Shown piece after piece: positions 14,193-24,000 of a stretch of DNA of 24,000 bases (positions are counted from its first letter, which is position 1; every line of letters begins with the position of its first letter). This DNA comes from an uncultured phage cr272_1, in the sequence record NC_055903.1, one strand, 5' to 3'. Under the pieces are notes generated by a model. It searched no databases. It was not told where the DNA came from and saw only the letters and a program-made list of their open reading frames with translations. The translations under genes and the position numbers were made by a program.

Positions 14193-15986
14193 ATGAACAA
14201 ATTATCTATTAATCAATACATCAATAAAAAGACCGGAGATAGTATTTCAGCAACAGAGTGGAATGCAGTTTTTTCACAGATCCAAGATAAAATAAACGAG
14301 ATCATAGACCATTCCGGAACTACCGATAAAAATACTGAACTGTACATTAACGGCGAACTTCATACAGAGAATAAGATTGTATTAGAGAGTGCAAAACAGT
14401 ATGTTATAAAAGGTGTACTGTATGGTGAGCTTGTTATAAATGCAGAGCTTCTTACAGCCCCAACAGATAACACATATATAACATTTGATGGTGTTACTAT
14501 TGTCAGTGATACTGATTGTGCTATAATGTACAAAACTCCAGAACAAAATAAGGGCTACAAAGACTTAGTAATAACTCTTACAAAAGACAGCCAGAACTTC
14601 ATTGTTGCTAATAAGAGTGCAGATAGAGTTGATAATCAGCCAGGAGCGATATATTCTATGAACAATATGGTTGTTCAAGGAGAAGGTTATCTTGCTCTAC
14701 ATAATAAAGGTGGCCACGGTTTACGTGCTACAGAGCTGAAGGTTGCTGGCCCACATATATATGCAGATGTAATTCATGATGCAGTGCACGCTGGAAAATA
14801 CCTCGAGATTGACAACTGTATTATTTACTGTGAAAATACACACGACGTATTTGGTACAGGAACATCTGGTAAGTTATACGCATTAGATGCAGACATACAT
14901 GTAGTAAATATAGACGGTATAATGCTTAATTGTGGTACGAATGGTTTCTATACAAATACTGTAAAAGCCAACAATGAACTTACTGTACGGAATGTTACGT
15001 TATTGTCGGCAATAGACGAATCTAATTTTGAACAGATCTTTGGCGTAGCTCCAACTCCTACAGTAACTGTATTTGCTACAGAAGAAGACTATAATGCAAA
15101 TAACGGGCAAGCTGTAGATGTGTCCGCAGACACAATCTCAATTACTTCTCCATATGTAAAAGTATCTGGTTTTTTACAAAAGCCTATTTCGTATAATCCA
15201 GCAGTAGCAGTTGACTTAAATGTATACCTTAATGGTGCATATATAAAAACAACTGGCAATGTGCCTAGCATTAATTATATTCCTGCTAATGGTAAAGTAA
15301 AGGTTACTGCATCTAAAGACACCGTTAATGCGATATACAATACATTTGCGGAAGAAACAACTCCAGAATTGACTGAAAGTGACGGTATAAAGAGCGAGAA
15401 CAACATTCGTATTGAAGCAAAGAATGGATCTATATTGTATGTTACATCGGCTATAGGTGATGGTATAGATGGTGGTGAAGTAAAGATTACAGATACAAAG
15501 GGAAGTGTAGTAGTTACAAACTGTGGTCTTCGCGGTATAAAAGGAAATGCTATTGTTGTTGGTCCAAATGCAAACATAGTAAAAAGTGTTATAACACCGA
15601 TAGCAGATGTAACCGACGAAGAGGGTTATTACGTAAACCCAGAGGATCTTGAAAACTATTCAGACATGTTGGGAATCGCCGTATGTAAACACAACTGTAA
15701 AAAGGGAGAGAGCGTAGTATCTGCAGGCAATGCAAAAAATACAGGTATTGCTGATATATACTGTAGAAATGGTAAAGCTACTAAGGGCGTATTTGGTACA
15801 ACAAACACTGAACTGAAAGGCGTGCTTGTTTGTGGTAGTGTTGCCGCAGTTATTGGTATTAACTTTAATAATGCACAGCATATATATTATAATAGAGCGC
15901 TTACTGATAATATTACAAAAGACTGTGGTATAACAGAAGCAGAATACATTGCTGTACCATACGAAAAAACTCCTATAACAGCATGA
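14193..15986 (+). CDS. Beta-helix-like phage adhesin/tail protein (597 aa)
   Basis: Long ORF with repetitive beta-rich pattern (IKSENNIRIEAKNGSILYVTSAIGDGIDGGEVKITDTKGSVVVTNCGLRGIKG); follows the tail-associated gene. Confidence 0.8.
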   Translation: MNKLSINQYINKKTGDSISATEWNAVFSQIQDKINEIIDHSGTTDKNTELYINGELHTENKIVLESAKQYVIKGVLYGELVINAELLTAPTDNTYITFDGVTIVSDTDCAIMYKTPEQNKGYKDLVITLTKDSQNFIVANKSADRVDNQPGAIYSMNNMVVQGEGYLALHNKGGHGLRATELKVAGPHIYADVIHDAVHAGKYLEIDNCIIYCENTHDVFGTGTSGKLYALDADIHVVNIDGIMLNCGTNGFYTNTVKANNELTVRNVTLLSAIDESNFEQIFGVAPTPTVTVFATEEDYNANNGQAVDVSADTISITSPYVKVSGFLQKPISYNPAVAVDLNVYLNGAYIKTTGNVPSINYIPANGKVKVTASKDTVNAIYNTFAEETTPELTESDGIKSENNIRIEAKNGSILYVTSAIGDGIDGGEVKITDTKGSVVVTNCGLRGIKGNAIVVGPNANIVKSVITPIADVTDEEGYYVNPEDLENYSDMLGIAVCKHNCKKGESVVSAGNAKNTGIADIYCRNGKATKGVFGTTNTELKGVLVCGSVAAVIGINFNNAQHIYYNRALTDNITKDCGITEAEYIAVPYEKTPITA

Positions 15987-16174
15987 TTTACGTACAAAGC
16001 AAACCAGTCTTGGCCATATATGCTGGAGATTATGTAATAACCAGAGTGTATGCAAAAGACCAGTTGTTTTGGCCAAGCACATTAGAGATATTTTCTTGTT
16101 ATTCTAACGGATATTGGATGGACGAATACGGTTGGACAGATGAAACAATGTGGGCAGACAATATCAAAAAATAA
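15983..16174 (+). CDS. Small tail-module protein (63 aa)
   Basis: ATGA overlap with the upstream stop; MIYVQSKPVLAIYAGDYVITRVYAKDQLFWPS... Confidence 0.75.
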   Translation: MIYVQSKPVLAIYAGDYVITRVYAKDQLFWPSTLEIFSCYSNGYWMDEYGWTDETMWADNIKK

Positions 16175-16179
16175 TAAAC

Positions 16180-19100
16180 ATGGAATTATACGATAAAAAA
16201 ATAAGCGAGTTTGTAGATTGGGTGACAGGAGAAGACACTTCTGATAAAGCCGTTGATAAACAACTTGGTGCCTTTTCTACAAACGGAATTCCTTCATCAG
16301 GAAAAGCTATAAGGGAATTATTACAAAGGAAATTAAAAACGCCGTTTGTTGTATACGAAGATAAATCTGCTGGATTGTACAGACTGTTTAGTAGTGAAGA
16401 ATCAAAGTCAAAGTGGCTTGTATTGATGGATTAGTCTAATAAAGAATACAATCCAGATAAAGCTTCAAAATACGAACTGTTCAACTTCGAGCGTCCTAGT
16501 GACACTGCACTTGTTATTGGTAATATTACAAGTGACGCACGTTATATAATTAACGGAGATGCTAATTCAGATGATACAAAACTACAGTTCAGTGTAACTC
16601 TTAAGCGTGAAAAAGCAGGTGGTGTAGAAATAGACGTTGACGGATTTACTGTAACATATACTATCAAAGATGCATCTGGTGTAGAAACCGTAATATCAGA
16701 AGAGTTTAATGCATCTGATTGTTCTACTGAAGGTAACGAAAATATTATCACAAGAGACATGTATCGTTATTTGAAAGAAGGTACAAACCAGATTACTCTT
16801 GCAGTGAAGGCTCGTAATACAGCAGCCAGTAACAAGATGAACATACCGTTCTATTTAGTAAACTTTGAACTTTCTAGTGCATTTGCTTTTGCAGAAGGTA
16901 AAGATCCAAACAAAGCAATCTCTGTTCCATTTAGAGTAAAGCGAAGTGTTGCTAAAGGTTTGACACTTACTGTAGAGGCTACAATAGATGGTAATCCGGC
17001 ATACAAAGTAGATGGAGTATCAAAGGCAGAACACGTAACAAGCTCTACAGAATTAGATTTTACTGGTACGCTAGATATAGCAAACACATATGCAGCAAAC
17101 GTAACAAGTCAAACTCATATAAAACACTTGTTGAAGTTGCAAGCCACTATGGTTGGTAACAATTAGAAAACGTTTGTGAGCAATGCAATATTCTTTGAGT
17201 TTGAGGTAGCATCAAGTACGATCGGTATTGTAAACAAATTTGTAAACATTAAATATTCTGTAGCGCCAAATAAGATAGAATTGTAGAACTCAGGGTTAGT
17301 ATTAAGAGGTACACAATACGAACCATTCTCACTTGACTGGGGATATTATACAGACCAGACTACAGAACGTTCTATACCAGTAACATGGGCAATCAGAAAG
17401 CCGCTCGCCAATGGAGGATATACATACGATACGTTGTCTATAGTAATTGGTAATAAAGGCTCTTAGAGTGAAACATTACGATTCATACCATCTTACCCGA
17501 TTACTGCAGAAGATAAAAGCTGTCTTGTTGCTAGATATAATGGAGTAGATATTGATTCTTACAATATTATTATAGACCCAAGTACATTGAATGTAGTTGA
17601 AACAAGTGACTACAACTTAAAGCTTAGTGCTTACGGTAAATCTAATAACTCCAGCGACAAAGCCAACTGGGTAGATATTGCAAACAACAAACGCGCCACG
17701 TTTAGCGAAGGAGTTGTGTTTGATAGCAATAATGGTTGGAAAGATAATAGTCTTGTGTTGTGTGGAGAAGATGCATATGCTACTATAAACTATTGTCCGT
17801 TCCCAACAGGATACAATCTTGCAGGAAAAGGAAAGACTTTGGAAATAGAGTTTAAGTCAGAAAAAGTATATGACAACTCAGACATCATTATTAGAATTGG
17901 CGGAGCAAACGGTGCTCACATCGATATTACGCCAAACTCTGCTGCATTGTATGTTGGAACAGAGCGTGTAGTATATACCAATTATAAAGCAAATGAGAAA
18001 ATAAAACTTGCGTTTATATTTAATGTGAGTGGTCTTAATTTGCCAGAAGACGGAATGGTATATATCGTGAACAACGGTATTTTAGAACGTGCCGCATTAA
18101 TTAAAAATGCAAACAGTTGTATTGACAACAACGGAAATATAAAACTCGGAGGATCTAAGAGTGGTGTTCGTGTATACAGCATGCGAGCTTACGACAAAGC
18201 AATCAGTTATAATCAAGAGTTAAATAACTTTATTTACGATAGCGAAAATAAAGCGATCTTGTTAAGTAACAATGATATTTTAGTAGACGGCAAGATTTCA
18301 TATGAACGTTGTAAAAACAAGATTGATACTATTCTTATAGAAGGAGATTTGTCTAAGATTCTAGACAAAGGTACTGATAAACTTGGGTCAGAAAGTACTG
18401 CAGACTTTGAGCGTATTTGTATTAGCGATGCTACAAAATCCTTTAAAGTTAAAAACGGAAAGATTAGAAAGCACGGACAATCTACACTTAACTATCCTAT
18501 TACGTCATACAAAATATGGACAAATAAATCAAATAGTGCAGATATTAGTCCAGTATTGACTTTATCAGACAACCAAAAGGCTTTGGGGTTAAACAAGAAC
18601 CGTTATATAATGAAGACTGGAGCGATCCCAGCAAACAAGTTTGTACTACAAGCCAACTACGCGGATTCATCTGGTGTACACAATGGTGGTATAGAACGTC
18701 TTATTCAAGATTGTTGGTATAATGCAGAAATAGACGGACAGTTTAGATTAAGAACAGCGCCACAGTTGTTTACAAGTAATAAAACAATTGCTCATAACGA
18801 CGAAAACATAAATGAAACCGGCTGGGTAGAAGGACAAGGCAAAGACTTTAATGGTAATATAGGAACGTGGAGTACATTCTCAAAAGGCAAAGACTTTCCA
18901 TATACAATACGTACAGCACCGGATTCATTCCCTTGCGCAGTATTCTATAAAAATACAGCAAACCCAGCAGAAGCAGATACATATACATATCTTGGTCAGT
19001 TTGTATTTATGGACGATAAAAAGTCTGATTTCCTCTACGGTGAACGAAGCATATATGCTTTCGGAAACTATGACGATCCATTTGTAATGAAAACAGAGAA

Positions 19101-22100
19101 CACAAAAAATGGACCAAACGGAAAACAAGATACTAAAGAAAATCGCGTGTGGGATAATTCTAATGTTCTAAGAATAGAGGTTGTATTGCTTAATAATGAA
19201 CTTACTTCGTTCATGGACTATAATGTTCCAGCAACAGGAGTTGTTGAAGAAGACGGTTCTGTGTCTCAAGCAGATGGCAATAAGGTACCTTGTGATACTA
19301 TAAAATACGATGAAAAAGGTAATCCTGATAAGTTCTATTGGGAAGATTATTTTGAACTTATTTATCCAGATCCAGATGACGTTGAAGAAGATCCTGGTAT
19401 GACTAAGTTTAGCGAAGGTTCTAAGTTTAGAAAGAAAACACAGCCGTTTTTGGACTTCTTAAAATGGATTACTGATATTGCTAAATTAAACTCTGTTGGT
19501 AATAAAATAGGGGATGGATATGTTACGCAAGCCGCGTTAGATGAGTTTAAGAGAACCGCACACGAACACCTTGATTTATATAAGGTAGCTGCATATTATA
19601 TATTCTGTATGCGTCTTGGTATGGTCGACTCTATTGAGCGTAACAACCAGTTTAAAACATATGACGGACAACACTGGCATTGTGAACCTTGGGACATAGA
19701 TATCGCTATTGGTAATAAGAACACCGGAGGTAATGCATTCGATCCCCCAATGACACGTGATACCCGTTTACCAGGAGACAGTACTACATGGGCATTCTCT
19801 GGTAGAAGTGCTACGACATCTAACGTACTATGGGACTGCTTAGAAGCGTGGGATTATTGGTCTAACACACTTGTTCCGAAGGTAGCTCAAGCTTTATACG
19901 AAGCAGGATTCTCATATGACAACATTACAAAGATGTTTGACCAACAGTATGCAGAGAAGTGGTCAGAGTTAATGTATAATGAATCTGGTTACTTTAAATA
20001 TGTTAAGTCTGGAGGTAAAGACTGGCTTGAGTGGTTACAGGGTGCTCGTACATCACATCGCCACTGGTGGGTATCTTCATCTATGAACTATTATGATGCA
20101 AAGTGGTCATGTGGTAGTTTTAATGCACACCGCGTATACTTAGGTGTTGATAAAATTAAACATCCTGCTGGAACAGATCTTGTCACCATTAAACCTTCTG
20201 CAGATACCTTCTTCAAGTTTACAAGAGGAGACGGTACCGTATCACTTGGTATAAAAGAAGCGTCTAGAGAAAAACCAGCAGTATTTGATGTATCACAAGA
20301 AACGTTCTCTGTAAAAGACCCAACACACATATATGGAGCAACATTTATTGAAGAGCTTGACGTAAGTTGCTTTGCGGATAAAATATCAGCATTAGATGTT
20401 ACAGCAGCATATGATGAAACGTTGGGAGCACCAATCAAAGTATTAGATGTTGGTACTAAGTTTATTGAAGAATCTGAAACAGTACGTAAAGGTACAGTAT
20501 CTGGCACACAATTACGTCTTACTGATGTAAACGCCAATACTGGAAATGCAGCGTTAGAGAACCTTAAAGAACTTAATGTTCGTGGACAGTATGCAATGCT
20601 TACGGCAGATGCTATACTTAGTGCTTCAGATAGAAAGAACGTATCTATATTGAAAGCAATGGGTACTGGTATTACAGCGTTTGAAAGTGCAGCATCAGGT
20701 AATAAATTCGACTTACTTGAGCTTCCTGGTATTACTACCACCAATAAGACAAATAAAGCAATGAATAGCTTTAAGGCTACTAATACAAGCTGGACTAATC
20801 TACAATTTTGGGATGCAAATATAAACTTTGGACAGTCCGAAGATGCTACCAATAGTGCAACGTTTACATTATCTACTGTGCCAAGTACAATATCTACAGT
20901 AGAGTTCTATGGAAGTACTGCACAGAATGATTGTTCTAAGCAGTTTGTCTTGGATTGGATAAGCTCAATAGAAGCGACATTACCTGCAGAGCATACAGAA
21001 CAAGATCTATATAACGCTTTATCAAGTAAACAATTTATAGCTGAGAATATAAATTGGTCTGGCCAAATATTCTATAACGATCTTGCCAGAATTGCACATA
21101 TGAACTATGGAAACAACCAGGCAGGAGATAACAATAGAAGCTATTTGCGTGGTTACGTATTGTTAGCAGATCCAACGCCATTATCAGCCGCACAGCTTGC
21201 AAACCTAAGAAACTGGTTTGGAGATTCTGTATTTGATAAATCTGCAATAACCAGCGGACTTGTAGTTGACCAAAATACTAACTACGTACAGATAATGGTA
21301 GGTGGTGTAGAAGTTGCAGACAACGGTGACCTTATATTAAATGAACCAAACGCTGTTCCAAATGCAACGGGTGTTGCTACATTGGTAGCTACCAAGTTTA
21401 TCCTTGGAGACGATACTACAGAGTACGAGTGGAGTTTAGAGTCTAATGCCCCATATAATAATAACTTTGTAGAATTAAAGACCGATTCTGAAGATGGCGT
21501 TGTACGTCTTATTGCAAAACAAGGTACTTTTGGAGATTATTTTGTCAATGTTAAAGCGCAGTACACAACACCAGCTGGAAAGCTTATGTCCAATACAGTT
21601 CGAATTAATATTCATGGTGTAACATACCCAGAGTCATTCTCTATGAACATGGCAGGAAATGCTACTTATATTAGACAGTTTGTTGCATCAGAAGATGTAC
21701 TTGCTTCTGTATTCGGTGCAGATAATATTAAATATAACAACGAACTTATTCCTGCGTATGTGATTACTACTAAAACACCAGCAGAATTCTATATTGAGCC
21801 AAGCAGTACCGATTATACGGCAACTATAAACAAAATAGAGTATAGCTATTACAACTATAGCGACAAGACTGTTTCTAGTGGATTTTTAACTAGAGAAGAA
21901 CTTGGCGCAGGAGATAGTCAAATCAATACGATAGGTCCTTCTGGTGATGATCCGTTGGCATATACAAAAGACGCTTCCCACGGAGGAATGAATCTACAGG
22001 CTATTACTATTACACCAAATCCTACTACATATAGATTTATCGCTAGAACTTCTATTGGAGGTAAAGATTTAATATTCAATTATGTAAACCTTATTGTATG

Positions 22101-22716
22101 GGATGATGCAACACCCATCTTGTCAAAGAATGCCGCTAATCAGTTATTTAATGCTATAAGTAATAAGTACGCCACAGACTTTAATTTGGAATCAGCTTAC
22201 TTTGATTTCTACAAAACGCACCTGATCTCATTGGCTGGCGAATTAAGTTTTGTTGGATATGAAGACATGAGTAGCCTTGGTACGAACAAAGGAGATAGTA
22301 TATTTAAGTATACACCAAACTTAACTTCTGTTATACTTGATGGATGTATAATGAACTTTATGCACGACGATGGTGTAAGTGTTGGAGAAGCTCTTGACTT
22401 TTCGGTAATGACTAAACTGAACACACTTTCTATGAATGGTTGTATAAATACAGTGGGAACATTATCTATTACAAACACAAACATTTCTAATATAGACTTA
22501 AGAGGTACTAATATAGGAATAGATTTACCAGAACGTAGTAAAATAGCTAATCTACAACTCGGAAGTCCTGTTGCTATAAAATTAAATAATCCACTTAAAC
22601 TTGATACAGTTACAATAGAAAGTTCTGAAAACATTGATGAGTTAAGTCTTACACAAGTAGACATTACAAGCAATCATGGATTTAACTTATTTGATACATT
22701 AATAACAACGGTATGA
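16180..22716 (+). CDS. Giant tail/host-recognition protein with LamG-like and CotH-kinase-like regions, TAG-recoded (~2178 aa)
   Basis: Three tracked ORFs (16150-16434, 16759-17166, 17587-22716) share one frame; no TAA/TGA between them, only TAGs at 16432, 17164, 17284, 17464. ERLIQDCWYNAEIDGQFRLRTAP and HCEPWDIDIAIGN resemble CotH-like modules. Confidence 0.9.
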
Positions 22717-24000
22717 AAAAACTAAAAATAGTACAAAACAACGTACAAGAAAAGACAAAAGATTCTGTAGTAGAAAAACTTTACGCTTTGACAAAGAGTG
22801 ACGATACGACTCCGGCTATTGCAGAATCTGCCGAGTTGGAGGGTAATGTTAGAGTTAATGCTGCGTATGAAGATTCTGTTACTTATCTGAGAAATAAATT
22901 TCCAAATCTTACCATCGATGTTACAGATAATAACTATTATATTCGTTTTGCTGATAAAGAGGTAGAACGAGTGTTATTAGAAAACGGTGTAGGAAATGGA
23001 GTAGGTATTACAAAAACAGACGCTAGAAGGACAAATGTAAACCAATGGTTTCGCGAAAACAAGACAATAACTTCATTTGACGAGTTTGAATGGTTTGATA
23101 ATGAAACTATAAGCAATGACGCGTTTCGTGGCTGTGAACATCTAAGAAGTATATATCTTACAAACACCAAAATAATAGGACATAGAGCGTTTTGGTGGTG
23201 TCCTAATTTGTCTGGCACACTATCTTTACCAAACCTTACATCTAACTTAGGTGAGGCTGCGTTTCGTGAAACCGGTATATAGAAAATAGAAAACCTAAAC
23301 GGAACAAACTTAACAAACTGGGGAACATTTTTCAAATGTCATAACCTTACGGAGGCTAACCTTGGAGATACAATATCTATAATAGGATCCAATACATTTT
23401 TTGAATGCAGTAGCTTAGTTACTGTAAACCTTCCAGAAACAATCATAAAAATTGGAGATTACGCATTTAAATCGACTAAAATAAATAATGATATAAATTT
23501 ACCAAATTTAGTTAGTTTAGGAGCTGGTGCATTTGAAAACACCCTCGTTAAAAACGTTGTAAATATTGGCACAATAACAGAGTACAACAATTGTTTTGGA
23601 AATACTCCAATTACAAAGCTAACTCTCCCAGAAACAGTTACTAGAATAGAAAGAATAGATAATTCGCAGTTAACGCAACTTAATTTCGTACCAGAGAACA
23701 TTACATATTTGGGCCACGTTGCAATAAAAGCCCCTGCAGCAAAATTAGACGTATTAAATTTTTGCAACGTTACTACAGCTGTACAAAAACTGTTTAATAT
23801 TACAGTAAACCAATGTTATATGCCGAAAATAACAAAAGGCGTAGAAAGCGGTTATTATAGTAACAATGCATATCACACTCCGTTTTTTTCGCTAGACAGA
23901 ATTAAAAATTCATTTACGTGTGGATTATTATATTTAAAAGACATGTAGATATTATATCCTGCTACATTTACAAACAGTAAAATTACAAACTTAGTAATAA
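22713..24000 (+). CDS. BspA-like leucine-rich-repeat protein, TAG-recoded, truncated by the window end
   Basis: ORF 22713-23282 continues through TAG 23280-23282 (KIENLNGTNLTNWGTFFKCHNLTEANLGDTISIIGSNTFFECSSLVTVNLPETIIKIGDYAFKSTK...) and TAG 23946-23948; LRR_5-type repeats on both sides. Confidence 0.9.

Noticed and set aside
15089-15577. Minus-strand ORFs of 60-100 aa
   Set aside because: Antisense to the 597-aa adhesin-like CDS; no independent support.
13412-17586. TAG interruptions as pseudogenes or sequencing errors
   Set aside because: Every interruption is TAG only, frames are unchanged across eight sites, protein sequence continues smoothly, and a CTA tRNA is present.
20091-20852. 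253-aa minus-strand ORF
   Set aside because: Entirely antisense to the strongly supported giant CDS 16180-22716; mirror-image ORF artefact.

Overview
The window looks like part of a large tailed-phage genome. Gene content suggests a crAss-like (Crassvirales-type) phage of Bacteroidales; this is inference, no database search was run. A minus-strand block of small accessory genes with unusually long structured non-coding regions (about 75-10597) faces a plus-strand block (about 10770-24000) with a dUTPase and a tail/adhesin module. The central observation is TAG (amber) recoding. A tRNA with anticodon CTA sits at 12606-12678, just before genes that only make sense if TAG is read as an amino acid, probably Gln. 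These are 13412-14188 (4 in-frame TAGs), 16180-22716 (4 in-frame TAGs, ~2178 aa LamG/CotH-like protein), an LRR protein starting at 22713 (at least 2 TAGs), and probably minus-strand 9693-10196 (1 TAG). The supplied ORF track splits all of them. In the best-supported long genes the TAGs cluster in the 5' part. The suppressor tRNA leader carries a GGGGGC-TTTT-GCCCCC hairpin whose two arms can each pair with the opposite strand of the tRNA acceptor stem, a possible maturation switch. The non-coding regions (75-980, 6113-7580, 8430-9180) contain families of related RNA-like elements: terminators with a GNRA tetraloop and internal loop, a five-copy hairpin family with compensatory stem changes favouring the minus strand, a tRNA-shaped element lacking a normal anticodon loop, and a shared leader/promoter-like sequence.
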